The position numbers and the translations under genes are program-made. From NCBI GenBank assembly GCA_018652595.1, contig JABIBU010000013.1, positions 29,043 through 93,042 of the forward strand: DNA of 64,000 nucleotides, written 5' to 3'. The notes below the pieces were generated by a model, which was given only the letters and a program-made list of their open reading frames with translations, had not been told where the DNA came from and made no database searches. This stretch comes from Candidatus Magasanikiibacteriota bacterium (lineage in GTDB: Bacteria; Patescibacteriota; Patescibacteriia; Magasanikbacterales; UBA922). How positions within the stretch are numbered: position 1 is the first letter of the stretch; each line of letters starts with the position of its first letter. Shown piece by piece: positions 36,401-47,068 of this stretch.

Positions 36401-38053
36401 ATGAGTGAATTTGAAAAAATTATTTTAAAGATTATTAATAAAAAGCCTAAATCCAAGGCTGAGTTTGATGATATCCGTAGAAAAGTTTGTAATTCACTAA
36501 AAATTCCTCAAGTATCAAATCGCAACCTACTACAATCATATCAAAATTTAGTAAAAAAGAAAAGAGTAAAAGCTGATAAGCAATTAGAATTCTTCATGCG
36601 AAAAGCTGGGATTCGCACTCTATCTGGTGTGGTAATAGTTACTTCACTAACAAAACCATATGCCTGCCCGGGCAAATGCATCTACTGCCCAAGTGAAGCT
36701 CGCATGCCAAAAAGCTATCTATCTTCCGAACCAGCCGCTGCCAGAGCTTTGAATTTGGCATTCGATCCATATCAGCAAATGGTCAAACGAATTGATATGC
36801 TAAAAAAATCCTCTCATCCGACTGACAAGATTGAGTATATTATAAAAGGTGGCTCGTGGAATTTTTATCCGCTGAAATATCAGTACTGGTTTATTTTAGA
36901 ATCATTTCGTGCTTGTAATAATCTCACCCGTAGCAAAAAACAAAAAAAATATCCGCAAACTTCTACACTTAAAAACTTACAAACTAATCTTGAAAAAGAA
37001 CAGAATTATAATGATAAAAAAGCCAAGCACAAAATAATCGGTTTAACTCTCGAAACTCGCCCTGATCTAGTCACTCCTGAATCAATCTTTCACATGCGTC
37101 AAATGGGTTGCACCAGAATAGAGCTAGGATTACAAGCTCCTGATGATAAAATTTTAGAGCTTACCAAGCGCGGACATACAGTCCAACAGTTCAAAGATGC
37201 CATGCACTTACTTCGCCAAGCTGGTTTTAAGGTGGACTTACACTTTATGCCAGACTTGCCTGGTAGTAACGCAAAACATGATGTAGAAATGTACAAAATG
37301 CTTTTTTCTGATCCCGGATTCAAACCCGACATGATAAAAATATATCCTTGTACAGTTATTAAATCTGCCCCACTTTATAAATGGATCAAAGCTGGCAAAT
37401 ACAAACCATACTCTGAAAAAAAATTATTTGAAGCTTTGATTGAAATGAAGTCAGCTACTCCAGGCTACTGTAGAATTTCCCGCCTAATCCGCGATATTCC
37501 TACTCCAGATATAGAAGCTGGAAATATGATTACCAACTTACGCGAATACTTGAACTCTGAAATGAAAAAACGAGGTCTTAAGTGTGAATGCCTGCGCTGC
37601 CGAGAAGTCGGACATGTTAGCAAGTTGGCAAGTACTCAGATTAGCAAGTTGATACCAAAACTATTTGTCGATAAATATGAAACAACTGGCGGTGATGAAT
37701 ATTTTTTAAGCTTTGAAGATAGTGAACGACAAGTCGTCTTTGCATTCCTTCGTTTACGCATACCATATTCTACATCTGATATTTTAAATTCAAAACTCCC
37801 TGAGATAAAAGATTCTGCCTTCATCAGAGAGCTCCACACTTACGGTCAACTCCTCGACGTAGGCAAGCAAGACAAAAAATCCAGCCAACACAAGGGCATG
37901 GGCAAGAAACTAGTTCTTGAAGCGGAAAAAATTGCTAAGAAAAATGGTTTTGAAAAATTAGCTGTAATTTCTGGGGTTGGAGTGCGGGGATACTATAGGA
38001 AACTGAAATATCGAAAGCAAGGGACATATATGGTAAAAACAAGCCAAAACTGA
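36401..38053 (+). CDS. elp3: Elp3-like radical SAM/GNAT enzyme (tRNA wobble-uridine modification family)
   Basis: Radical SAM motif CPGKCIYC, a core domain, and a C-terminal GNAT region (GMGKKLVLEAEKIA). Confidence 0.7.
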   Translation: MSEFEKIILKIINKKPKSKAEFDDIRRKVCNSLKIPQVSNRNLLQSYQNLVKKKRVKADKQLEFFMRKAGIRTLSGVVIVTSLTKPYACPGKCIYCPSEARMPKSYLSSEPAAARALNLAFDPYQQMVKRIDMLKKSSHPTDKIEYIIKGGSWNFYPLKYQYWFILESFRACNNLTRSKKQKKYPQTSTLKNLQTNLEKEQNYNDKKAKHKIIGLTLETRPDLVTPESIFHMRQMGCTRIELGLQAPDDKILELTKRGHTVQQFKDAMHLLRQAGFKVDLHFMPDLPGSNAKHDVEMYKMLFSDPGFKPDMIKIYPCTVIKSAPLYKWIKAGKYKPYSEKKLFEALIEMKSATPGYCRISRLIRDIPTPDIEAGNMITNLREYLNSEMKKRGLKCECLRCREVGHVSKLASTQISKLIPKLFVDKYETTGGDEYFLSFEDSERQVVFAFLRLRIPYSTSDILNSKLPEIKDSAFIRELHTYGQLLDVGKQDKKSSQHKGMGKKLVLEAEKIAKKNGFEKLAVISGVGVRGYYRKLKYRKQGTYMVKTSQN

Positions 38054-38067
38054 TAGAATATATACAT

Positions 38068-38382
38068 ATGAATTTTTATTTACTACTTGCTGCCCTATTA
38101 GTGTTTGACCTGATAGGACTATCTCTAGCAAAAATATGGAGCATCAAGCCAACACCTGCCTATTTGATTTTAACAGTTATATCGTATGCTATCATGGCTG
38201 TATTTTTGACTTTTAGCTTAAAATACGAAGGTGTCGCTATTACCAATATCATATGGGTAGCGCTATCAATAATCGGCATGACCCTAATTGGATATTTTGT
38301 ATTTAATGAAAGTATTACAGCACTTCAATTTGCTGGAATAGGCATAATTATAATTGGCATAACACTTATACAAATAAAGTAA
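38068..38382 (+). CDS. SMR-family small multidrug-resistance-type transporter
   Basis: 104 aa with 4 TM segments; the spacing is EmrE-like. Confidence 0.55.
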   Translation: MNFYLLLAALLVFDLIGLSLAKIWSIKPTPAYLILTVISYAIMAVFLTFSLKYEGVAITNIIWVALSIIGMTLIGYFVFNESITALQFAGIGIIIIGITLIQIK

Positions 38383-38383
38383 T

Positions 38384-38767
38384 ATGAAAACAATAATCGC
38401 CTCTGGCCCAGTTATAATTGAAAATGGAAAGGTTTTACTAGATAAGGAGCAAAAAGTTGGTCATATTACAAATTGGCTTTTTCCTGGTGGCAAAAAAGAA
38501 AATGACGAAATGCCAGAAGAAACTTGCAAGCGCGAGGTGATGGAAGAATTAGGAATAGAAATAAAGATAGTTAAACAACTAGAAACAATTGAACGAGAAA
38601 AAGATGGCGTCATGTGGACCTTACACCATTTTTTAGCAGAACGAGTCGGTGAAATTAAAATTGGTGATGATGTGGTAGAGTATGGTTGGTTTGACATTGA
38701 GAGCCTACCTGATAATTGCTCCCCTAACGTATATAAAATAATCGAAGAATACAAAAATATGTTATAA
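38384..38767 (+). CDS. NUDIX hydrolase
   Basis: Nudix box GGKKENDEMPEETCKREVMEELG. Confidence 0.65.
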   Translation: MKTIIASGPVIIENGKVLLDKEQKVGHITNWLFPGGKKENDEMPEETCKREVMEELGIEIKIVKQLETIEREKDGVMWTLHHFLAERVGEIKIGDDVVEYGWFDIESLPDNCSPNVYKIIEEYKNML

Positions 38768-38814
38768 ATTAAGTGAGTCTAACACCTATAACCTAATACC
38801 CATAACCTATTTTT

Positions 38815-40065
38815 ATGAATAAACAAAAATTATCACAATTTGATCCAGATATTCAAGATGCAATCAATAAAGAACTAGACCGCCAAGAACATGGTTTGGA
38901 AATGATCCCATCGGAAAACTTTGTTTCATTGGCAGTTTTGGACTCTCTTGGGTCAATCCTGACTAACAAATATTCCGAAGGCTATCCCGGCAAGAGATAT
39001 TATGGTGGATGTGAATTTATTGATATTGTAGAGCAACTTGCAATAGATCGTGCCAAAGAAATCTTTGGAGCAGAACATGTAAATGTACAACCCTTGTCTG
39101 GTGCGCCAGCTAATATTGCGGTGTACTTTGGACTACTTGAACCTGGTGATACTATATTGGGAATGGATTTGTCTCATGGCGGACATCTGACTCATGGTCA
39201 CCCTGTGACCCACATGACAAAAGTATTTAATTTTATTAGATACAAAACTAATAGCGAAGGAAAAATTGATTTGGATAATTTGCGAGCTATGGCTATTGAG
39301 CACAAACCAAAATTAATTTTGGTTGGCTACAGCGCATACTCACGTGAAATTGAGTATGAAAAAATAAAAGCCATTGCTGACGAAGTCGGTGCTATGACTA
39401 TGGCAGATATTGCTCACATTGCAGGCCTAATTGCTGGCGGCGAGATGAATAATCCTGTGCCTATATTTGATGTAGTCACTACCACTACTCACAAAACACT
39501 CCGTGGACCTCGTGGTGGTATGATTATGTGCAAAGAAAAATTTGCAAAGCAAATTGATAAGTCAGTCTTCCCAGGATTTCAAGGTGGTCCTCATGAAAAT
39601 AATATTGCTGGCAAAGCAATTGCTTTCAAAGAAGCCTTACAACCAGACTTCAAAACTTATGCCAAGCAAATAAAAGCTAATGCCAAAGTTTTGGAACGCA
39701 AATTTAATGAATTTGGATATAAACTATGTTTTGGCGGAACTGACAACCACCTGCTTCTAATTGATGTGACTCCAAAAGGTATAACTGGTAAAATTGCTGA
39801 GAAAGCACTAGACAAGGCTGCCATTACAATAAATAAGAATATGATCCCAGATGATACACGCAGTCCATTTGACCCTTCTGGTATTAGACTTGGTACTCCA
39901 GCTTTGACAACTCGTGGTATGAAAGAACCTGAAATGGAAATTGTAGCTGACATGATTGAGAGAGTTCTAATGAATCATGAAGATGCAGAAGTTTTGGCAC
40001 AAGTAAAACAAGAAGTGAAAGAATTGACTGAGAAATTTCCACTTTATCCTGAATTGAAAAAATAA
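38815..40065 (+). CDS. glyA: Serine hydroxymethyltransferase
   Basis: SENFVS...[17 protein letters not shown]...[14 protein letters not shown]. Confidence 0.9.
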   Translation: MNKQKLSQFDPDIQDAINKELDRQEHGLEMIPSENFVSLAVLDSLGSILTNKYSEGYPGKRYYGGCEFIDIVEQLAIDRAKEIFGAEHVNVQPLSGAPANIAVYFGLLEPGDTILGMDLSHGGHLTHGHPVTHMTKVFNFIRYKTNSEGKIDLDNLRAMAIEHKPKLILVGYSAYSREIEYEKIKAIADEVGAMTMADIAHIAGLIAGGEMNNPVPIFDVVTTTTHKTLRGPRGGMIMCKEKFAKQIDKSVFPGFQGGPHENNIAGKAIAFKEALQPDFKTYAKQIKANAKVLERKFNEFGYKLCFGGTDNHLLLIDVTPKGITGKIAEKALDKAAITINKNMIPDDTRSPFDPSGIRLGTPALTTRGMKEPEMEIVADMIERVLMNHEDAEVLAQVKQEVKELTEKFPLYPELKK

Positions 40066-40142
40066 TAGCACACGGATTACACGGATCTAACGGATTTACA
40101 CAGATATAATCCGTTATAATCTGTTTAATCCATCTCATCTGT

Positions 40143-40589
40143 GTGCCATCAAATATGAAACACAAAATATCCTCAGAAAAAGAAATGATCGAATTCGGCA
40201 AAGACATTGCCACCAAACTCAATGGCGGTGATATTGTTTTGCTCTATGGCGATCTAGGGTCTGGTAAAACCACACTAACTAAAGGAATTGCTAGTTATTT
40301 TGGTATTGAAGATGTAGTAAGTCCTACTTTTACATTGATGCAGGAATACCAAATTAACAAGTCAGCAAGCACGCAAGTCAGCAAGTTTGTGCATATCGAT
40401 ACTTACAGACTTGAAGATGCGGAAGACCTGGTTGAAATTGGTGCAGAAGATTATTTGGGAGATGGAAATACTATTTGTATTATTGAGTGGCCGGAAAAGA
40501 TTGAAGGGCTACTTGCTGATAAGAAAGTTACTAAAATTATTATAGAACATGATGGAGAATATGGTAGGAGAATAAAAATAGAAGACTAA
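40143..40589 (+). CDS. tsaE: tRNA threonylcarbamoyladenosine biosynthesis ATPase TsaE
   Basis: LYGDLGSGKTTLTKG...SPTFTL...H.D.YRL. Confidence 0.75.
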   Translation: MPSNMKHKISSEKEMIEFGKDIATKLNGGDIVLLYGDLGSGKTTLTKGIASYFGIEDVVSPTFTLMQEYQINKSASTQVSKFVHIDTYRLEDAEDLVEIGAEDYLGDGNTICIIEWPEKIEGLLADKKVTKIIIEHDGEYGRRIKIED

Positions 40590-40657
40590 AAGATTGTAAG
40601 ATTAAAAAAACCCAGCAATTACGCTGGGTTTTTTATTTATCCTTATATATTATAATT

Positions 40658-41080
40658 CTATTTTTCATTCTCCACCTTATAAACCACAGATTTCAATCTA
40701 CTGTCAGGAAAACCTACATGTTGCCAATTATTAACCTTGTAACCTGCATCTTTCAAAGCCCTAGCAATCCTAGCTTTTTTATTTTCCAGATCTTCCAACT
40801 CAGTTAGTTCAGAGACATCATCAAAAATAATATCTACAGATGACATACCACCTTCTTCATTTATAAAATATACTTTTGCCTGTTTTCCAAAGATTTCCAT
40901 ATCAGCCATACCATTCTCAACAACCAAATCCCCAAAACCAAGATCTTCTTTTGCTTTGCTTAATTCTTCAGATGAAGCTATAGCCCTTGCTTTATCGTTT
41001 ACATAATCTCGCACTTCTTGACCCGGACCTTTTTGTTCCCCACCTTTTGGTTCACCACCAGATCTAATTTCAGAATCCAT
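40658..41080 (-). CDS. Hypothetical acidic protein
   Basis: 140 aa; no motif recognised. Confidence 0.35.
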   Translation of the reverse strand: MDSEIRSGGEPKGGEQKGPGQEVRDYVNDKARAIASSEELSKAKEDLGFGDLVVENGMADMEIFGKQAKVYFINEEGGMSSVDIIFDDVSELTELEDLENKKARIARALKDAGYKVNNWQHVGFPDSRLKSVVYKVENEK

Positions 41081-41124
41081 ATTTTTTATATTAAAACTAA
41101 TGAATTAATTGTATTATATTTTTA

Positions 41125-41688
41125 CTATTCTGTCAAACTATAAATGCAACCACAATAATCCTGTCGATAAATTCCCTTTTCATCTATCAATTTAGTCGCC
41201 TTTTCCTGACGACCTTTTTTCTTCCAGTCTTCTTCGAAAAATTTAATTCCGTATTTCTCCGCCACCTGTAAACCAATCGGATTAATTATTTCTGCATATT
41301 TATTTCGTCCACTAGTAAGGCTAGTTGCGAGCCAATCAAAGTTATTTTTACTAGCATACTCGGCTGACTTGTCTAGGCGCATTTCAAAACACACTGGACA
41401 TCTTTTTCCACCTTCTGGTTCGTCTTTATATTCCTCAGTTTTTTCAAACCATTCTTTTGGATTATATTCTTCTTCTATAAATTCTAAATTTAACTCTTTA
41501 CACAACTTTATTACTTCCTGCTTGCGCTTGTCATATTCTGTCTCTGGGTGAATATTAGAATTACAAAAATGCACTGTCACATCAAATTCTTGTGAAAGCT
41601 CTTCAAATATTGCTACTGAACATGGTCCGCAGCAAACGTGTAAGAGTAATTTTTGCATACTATTTTTTCTTCTTATCTTTTTGTGCAC
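41125..41688 (-). CDS. queH: Epoxyqueuosine reductase QueH (DUF208)
   Basis: LLLHVCCGPCS plus the later CPVCFEMR and DYCGC Cys motifs. Confidence 0.5.
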   Translation of the reverse strand: MHKKIRRKNSMQKLLLHVCCGPCSVAIFEELSQEFDVTVHFCNSNIHPETEYDKRKQEVIKLCKELNLEFIEEEYNPKEWFEKTEEYKDEPEGGKRCPVCFEMRLDKSAEYASKNNFDWLATSLTSGRNKYAEIINPIGLQVAEKYGIKFFEEDWKKKGRQEKATKLIDEKGIYRQDYCGCIYSLTE

Positions 41689-42952
41689 CCATATACTCCA
41701 ACCATCTAGTTAGTGCTTTTTTGAAATAATCTTTATTTTTTAATTGTTCTGGTAAATAATCCTGTTTTACTTCACCATCGATGTCAGGATTATATTTATA
41801 ATTCTTACCATAGCCAATATTTTTCATAAATTTCGTTGGTGCATTTCGGAGATGGATTGGAACACCTAGCTCTGAAGTTTTTCTAGCATCCATAGCTGCT
41901 TCTTCATAAGCCCTATACAAAACATTGGATTTTTTTGACTTGGCACAATATACCACAGCTTGAGCCAAATGCACAGAGCACTCAGGATAGCCAATCTTAT
42001 GACAAGCGTCGTAGGCAGCATTAGCCTGGATCATTGCCTCACTATTTGCCATACCTATGTCTTCTGAAGCAAATCGAAGCACTCGCCTAGCAATATATAA
42101 TGGATCAGATCCACCCTCTAGCATTCTTGCAAGCCAGTATAGTGAAGCATTTGCGTCACTTCCTCGCATAGATTTATGCAAAGCTGAAATTAAATTATAA
42201 AACTCCTCACCTCTTTTATCGAATACCAAATGTGTTCGCTGTAATGCTTCCTTAATATCATCCGCAGTCAACAAAACTTTAGACTTTTGACTCCTAAACT
42301 TTGATTTGAAAGCCAGTTCCAATCCATTGATTGCACTCCTAGCATCTCCACCAGATAATCCTGCTAGCAATTCCTTCACTTCATCACTTATCTCAATTTT
42401 ATAATTTCCCAATCCTCTGTCTTTATCATTTAAAATACTATCAATAATTTTCACAATATCTTTGACCTCTAAACTTTTTAAAATAAAAACTCGTGAGCGT
42501 GAAAGTAAAGCTCGGATTATCTCAAATGAAGGATTCTCAGTAGTAGCACCAATCAAAATTAACTTTCCTTTTTCTACATACGGAAGCAGTGCATCTTGCT
42601 GAGCCTTATTCCAACGGTGAATCTCATCAATGAACAAAATTGTTTTTTTGTTTTCATTATTCAAACGTTCTTCTGCTTCTAATACTACTTTTCTAAGATC
42701 AGCCTTTCCACTATTAACCCCTGATAAAACAGTAAAGTGTGAGTTGGTTTGCTTTGCTATAATATTTGCCAATGTAGTCTTCCCTACTCCTGGTGGACCC
42801 CAAAAGACTAACGACGACAAATCATCTTGCTCAATTAATTTGCGCAATATTTTACCTTTGCCTATTATTTCTTCTTGGCCAAAAAACTCGCCCAAAGAGC
42901 GAGGTCTCATCTTGTCTGCCAAAGGCTGTGTTTTTACTTGTTGTTGTACCAT
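41660..42952 (-). CDS. rarA: Replication-associated recombination protein A (AAA+ ATPase)
   Basis: FWGPPGVGKTTLA, FIDEIHR, and the MgsA C-terminal domain. Confidence 0.8.
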   Translation of the reverse strand: MVQQQVKTQPLADKMRPRSLGEFFGQEEIIGKGKILRKLIEQDDLSSLVFWGPPGVGKTTLANIIAKQTNSHFTVLSGVNSGKADLRKVVLEAEERLNNENKKTILFIDEIHRWNKAQQDALLPYVEKGKLILIGATTENPSFEIIRALLSRSRVFILKSLEVKDIVKIIDSILNDKDRGLGNYKIEISDEVKELLAGLSGGDARSAINGLELAFKSKFRSQKSKVLLTADDIKEALQRTHLVFDKRGEEFYNLISALHKSMRGSDANASLYWLARMLEGGSDPLYIARRVLRFASEDIGMANSEAMIQANAAYDACHKIGYPECSVHLAQAVVYCAKSKKSNVLYRAYEEAAMDARKTSELGVPIHLRNAPTKFMKNIGYGKNYKYNPDIDGEVKQDYLPEQLKNKDYFKKALTRWLEYMGAQKDKKKK

Positions 42953-44040
42953 ATTTTATGCAACTTGAACGCAATTTTTTCTTTCATCTTATGCCATTTT
43001 CCACTTTCCAAAATAATATCATCAATTTTTTTAGCTTTTTTTATCCATTTACGAACCACACTCTTCAAATTTTTTACTAGACGCTTATCTCGAATCTGAA
43101 CATTTGCTTCGTAATTGTCATAAAAACTAGTTTGATCTAGATTACTACTTCCCACAATTGCCAAATCATCATCTACTATCATACCCTTGCCATGCATCAT
43201 ACCTGATGTCATATGAATTTTTACACCCATCTTTTTTAAGAGCGAAAACCAGCCATATATAGCATAATTTGCAACCCTCACATCACTACGAAAAGGAATA
43301 AGCAAATCAACTTTTACGCCACGTTTTCTGGCTTTCCACAAAGCATAAAGAAACTTTTTATCAGGAAAATAATAAGGGGAAAATAAAATAACCCTTTCTC
43401 TAGCTTTTAATAATGCTTCACTATATTTCTTTCTCATCTTAGAACTTTTTTCGCTGGCCTCACCATATATAAAATCAATCTTATCACTCTCTACTCTAAA
43501 TTTGTATTTTAATAAATGTTTTACTTGTTTTTTGTCTCCACCACAAATAATATATTGCTTGGCAAAAGAACGCAGTAATGACCTTACAGCCTTACCTTTT
43601 AGCTCTACTTGAATATCAAGCCAATCTTCCATATTGCTTTGGATATTCACCCCACCAATAAATCCAATCTTTTCATCGACTATTAATATCTTACGATGAT
43701 TGAGAGTAATGAATCTCTTCCAAAGACCTCGGTAGCGCAATTTTCTCTCGCTAAATAATTTTACATCCACACCCGCTTTTTTTAGACTCGCTATTCTCTT
43801 TCGAGATAATCCAAAACTACCCCAATAGTCAACGATTAGCTTTACATCCAAACCCTCGCCTGCTTTCTTCTCAAGCAAGTCAAAAAACGGCTTCCCAGCC
43901 TCATCATCCACAAAGATATACAATTCCCAATAAATTGACTCAGTGGCACCCAAAATAGCCCTATGCATAGCATCCCAGGCCTGTTTGGAGGTAGAATAGA
44001 TTTTATAATCTGACAATCTCATAATTTTATTCACTGTCAT
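42934..44040 (-). CDS. Phospholipase D-family protein (two HKD motifs; cardiolipin-synthase-like)
   Basis: HRKILIVD...GGVNI and HGKGMIVDD...GSSNLD. The annotated ATG lies inside a repeat element, so the Met at 44022 (MRLSDYKIY) may be the true start. Confidence 0.65.
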   Translation of the reverse strand: MTVNKIMRLSDYKIYSTSKQAWDAMHRAILGATESIYWELYIFVDDEAGKPFFDLLEKKAGEGLDVKLIVDYWGSFGLSRKRIASLKKAGVDVKLFSERKLRYRGLWKRFITLNHRKILIVDEKIGFIGGVNIQSNMEDWLDIQVELKGKAVRSLLRSFAKQYIICGGDKKQVKHLLKYKFRVESDKIDFIYGEASEKSSKMRKKYSEALLKARERVILFSPYYFPDKKFLYALWKARKRGVKVDLLIPFRSDVRVANYAIYGWFSLLKKMGVKIHMTSGMMHGKGMIVDDDLAIVGSSNLDQTSFYDNYEANVQIRDKRLVKNLKSVVRKWIKKAKKIDDIILESGKWHKMKEKIAFKLHKIWYNNK

Positions 44041-44143
44041 CCCGACCGTAGTGGAGGGATCCCTTTTGTATGGTGATTATTTTATATTATTAAATGCGAA
44101 GTCCGAGACACTAAAAGAGATTCCTCGGCTTCGCTCGGAATGA
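44033..44143. mobile_element. MITE-like 111-bp element with 14-bp terminal inverted repeats
   Basis: Left arm TGTCATCCCGACCG..GGAGGGATCC and right arm GATTCCTCGG..CGCTCGGAATGACA. It is flanked by an ~55-bp imperfect direct duplication of the PLD gene 5' end (43966-44022 and 44157-44212). Confidence 0.5.
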
Positions 44144-44264
44144 CAATTGAAATACATAACATCCCAGGCTTGTTTGGAGGTGGGATAGATTTTGTAATCC
44201 GAAAGTCTCATATATATCAATATATAACAAAAAACCGCTTTAATCAAGCGGTTCCTTATTTTTA

Positions 44265-44954
44265 CTATTTTACAACCGTTCCCTTAAACTTCTTCCCACT
44301 TATTACCTTCTCCACCTCTTTCAAACTAGTTCCTTTTAAAATACTCACTTTCAGCCCCAACTTTTCTGCTAGAGCACTGGCCATTGGATCAAATGGAACG
44401 TTTTTGCCAGGTACCCATTTGTAACCAACAACATCTTTTCTAAAATCTTTCCAATTTGTTTCTTCAATCTTTTTGGCATTTTTATATTTGTTTGGATCTT
44501 TGTCATAAACGTATTCTATGTTGGACAAGTTTATAACTTCCTTGGCTCCGTATGTCTTGGCAAGTAATACTGCGTCTTTGTCAGAGGAACATCCTGGTTT
44601 CAAAGCGCCTGCAATTATGATTGATTTGTTTGTCTTTACTTTTTTATTTGGATCAAGAACTATTTCTTTATAAGCATGATCCTTGAACATGTATTTTACA
44701 AACTGAGCATTAAACGTAATTGAATGGATTCCAATCCAATCCAAATCATCATTACTAAGCTTACTCACTTTACCAGCAGCCTGCTGATAGTTACGGCAAG
44801 TTGCTCCACCACCAATAACCAAAATAAACTTATCACCTTTTTTTACTTGTCTTAAAATCAAAGCCTTAAACTTTTTTAGAAAATTTATATCAAAACCAGT
44901 CTTTGGAATAACAATTGATCCACCAACGGAAATTATTTTATAATTATTTTTCAT
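44265..44954 (-). CDS. pyrH: Amino-acid-kinase-family protein, probable archaeal-type UMP kinase
   Basis: KIISVGGS...LVIGGGATCRNY motif pattern. Confidence 0.5.
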   Translation of the reverse strand: MKNNYKIISVGGSIVIPKTGFDINFLKKFKALILRQVKKGDKFILVIGGGATCRNYQQAAGKVSKLSNDDLDWIGIHSITFNAQFVKYMFKDHAYKEIVLDPNKKVKTNKSIIIAGALKPGCSSDKDAVLLAKTYGAKEVINLSNIEYVYDKDPNKYKNAKKIEETNWKDFRKDVVGYKWVPGKNVPFDPMASALAEKLGLKVSILKGTSLKEVEKVISGKKFKGTVVK

Positions 44955-45053
44955 AATAATAAAGCAGATTAAGTATTAAGCAGAGTAAGCAGATTAAGTA
45001 TTTTAGTTTGTAAGCTTATTCTGCTTACTATACTTATCCTGCTTACAACTGTT

Positions 45054-45392
45054 CTATTTTTTTAATAAACCAGATACGATCCAACTCACTACACTCAAAA
45101 TTAAAGCACCCCAAAATGCTGGCATAAATCCTGCAACATCAAAACCTTTTATAAAACTTGCCACAAACCAAAATAATAGTGCATTAATTACAAAAGTAAA
45201 CAAACCTAAGGTTAATATATTTACTGGCAAAGTCAGAATTACTAAAATCGGCTTAAGAACTGCGTTAACTAGACCCAAAACAAAAGCGGTAATAAGTGCT
45301 GCGTACCAACCAGAGACTTCCATACCTGGTAGATAGTACGCTAGCAAAAGCAGTGTACCGGCATTTATCACCCAACGAGTTAATAATTTCAT
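45054..45392 (-). CDS. Phage-holin-4_2/DUF360-family membrane protein
   Basis: LGLVNAVLKPILVILTLPVNILTLGLFTFVINALLFW is the characteristic family sequence. Confidence 0.6.
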   Translation of the reverse strand: MKLLTRWVINAGTLLLLAYYLPGMEVSGWYAALITAFVLGLVNAVLKPILVILTLPVNILTLGLFTFVINALLFWFVASFIKGFDVAGFMPAFWGALILSVVSWIVSGLLKK

Positions 45393-45433
45393 ATATTTTA
45401 TTTAGTAGTGATAGTAGTATTCTAACAAAAAAT

Positions 45434-46345
45434 TTAATTAATTACAACCTCAATCTCTTCTCCCACTTCGACTGATATATCACCTTGTAGATCAGTGCGC
45501 CACACAGTACTGGATACTCGTTCAAGACGCTTCAAAATCCGCCTAGAAGGATGGCCGAAATTATTTCCCAACCCACATGATACCACTGTATCAAACGGCG
45601 TAGAGACATCAACAAAATCTTGGACTGATGATCCTCCACTACCATGGTGTCCAGCCTTTAATAAATCTGTATCTAGTTGATCACCATAAATACTGAGCAA
45701 ATATTCTTCTAATTCTGCTTCGGCATCAGCCATCATGAGGATTTCATTTCCCTCGTGTTCAAGCTCAAAAATAATTGAAGTGTTATTGCCATTAGTTTCT
45801 TTGTCTAAACCAGGAATTTTTGGATCATCAGCAATAGAATGATCTGGATATAAAAAATGTAAAGTAGTACTAGCGATCTCCCAAACGTCTTCTCTGTCTA
45901 TTTCAATATAATTTGCTTGGCTCTCCTGAACTGCCTGCCACCAAGAATTCCACATCTCATCATAATCTTTTATCAGACCATTATAAATTATATTTTTTAC
46001 TTCAAAACGATTTAAAACTTCTTCACACCCACCATAATGATCCAAATCTGGATGCGTGATAAGTAAATAATCAATATCATGATCCCAATACTCCATCACT
46101 CGCCCTAGAGCCTCTATTACTCGCCCATCAATTGCACAATCCACGAGCATCTGTTGACCATCGGTAAATTCAATAAACGTTGCGTCACCCTGCCCGACAT
46201 CTAGAAAAGTTATTTTTAATTTAGCATCTTCGAGACTTTCCAAAGTTGGATTTATACCTGTTTTTACCTCATCTTTTTTTAGAAAAAAAAGCAGACCTAA
46301 CACAACTAATAGTAATATAAAAATAATAGTAATTGCTTTTTGCAT
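45434..46345 (-). CDS. Metallo-beta-lactamase-fold protein, ComEC C-terminal-domain-like, with an N-terminal membrane anchor
   Basis: ITFLDVGQGDA...LITHPDLDHYGG...HHGS. Confidence 0.65.
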   Translation of the reverse strand: MQKAITIIFILLLVVLGLLFFLKKDEVKTGINPTLESLEDAKLKITFLDVGQGDATFIEFTDGQQMLVDCAIDGRVIEALGRVMEYWDHDIDYLLITHPDLDHYGGCEEVLNRFEVKNIIYNGLIKDYDEMWNSWWQAVQESQANYIEIDREDVWEIASTTLHFLYPDHSIADDPKIPGLDKETNGNNTSIIFELEHEGNEILMMADAEAELEEYLLSIYGDQLDTDLLKAGHHGSGGSSVQDFVDVSTPFDTVVSCGLGNNFGHPSRRILKRLERVSSTVWRTDLQGDISVEVGEEIEVVIN

Positions 46346-46348
46346 AAA

Positions 46349-46948
46349 TTACTTACTAGCCAAAACAATCTGATTCACCCAAGTTTCTCCCTCTCTGACA
46401 AACTCTTCTTTTTCAATTCCAAAAGCTAAATTCTCTAGCTCCTCAATTACTTTTTCTGGTTTGTGATAGTATGAATCAATTTCGACCAGACCTTCCTTTG
46501 TCTTTACGGCTGGAGCTTTGCGCTGATTGATATTAGTTACAAGGAATAATCCACCTGGTCTTAAAACTCGATAGGCTTCATCAAAAAATATTTTTAAATC
46601 CTTCAAATGCACTATTAAGAAAGTTGCAATTACAATATCAAAACTTTCATCTGGAAAATCTAAGTTCTCAACATCACCAATTGCTTTTTTAATTTTAACA
46701 TTTTTTATTTTCTTGAGTATCTCTTCTGCTACATCCAGGGCTGTCACTTCCGCCCCCTTTTCGGCCAATCTAAGTGATAGTCGCCCTGCCCCAGCACCAG
46801 CATCTAATACAGCTTTACCACTTAGATCACCTAGCAAAGATAAGACTCTATCTTTTTCAAAACTATCCCAATATTTTGATTTCTTATTATAGTAATCAGC
46901 TGTAAGGTTATATCCTTCTTTTGAATCTAAAATTTTTATTTTTGGCAT
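46349..46948 (-). CDS. Class I SAM-dependent methyltransferase
   Basis: Motif I VLDAGAGAGRLSLRLA. Confidence 0.65.
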   Translation of the reverse strand: MPKIKILDSKEGYNLTADYYNKKSKYWDSFEKDRVLSLLGDLSGKAVLDAGAGAGRLSLRLAEKGAEVTALDVAEEILKKIKNVKIKKAIGDVENLDFPDESFDIVIATFLIVHLKDLKIFFDEAYRVLRPGGLFLVTNINQRKAPAVKTKEGLVEIDSYYHKPEKVIEELENLAFGIEKEEFVREGETWVNQIVLASK

Positions 46949-46961
46949 ATTAGTTTTTTAT

Positions 46962-47068
46962 TTTTCTCGTCATTGCGAGGAGGAGGTACGACGACGCGGC
47001 AATCTCATTGAACTAGCAACGTAGATAACCCACTGGAATTACTTCGTCATGTATTCTCATTCCTCGCA
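46962..47068. mobile_element. MITE-like 107-bp element with 14-bp terminal inverted repeats (CGTCATTGCGAGGA)
   Basis: The 14-bp TIRs match with one mismatch. The right arm supplies the last 8 codons and the stop of the comEC-like ORF. Confidence 0.45.
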
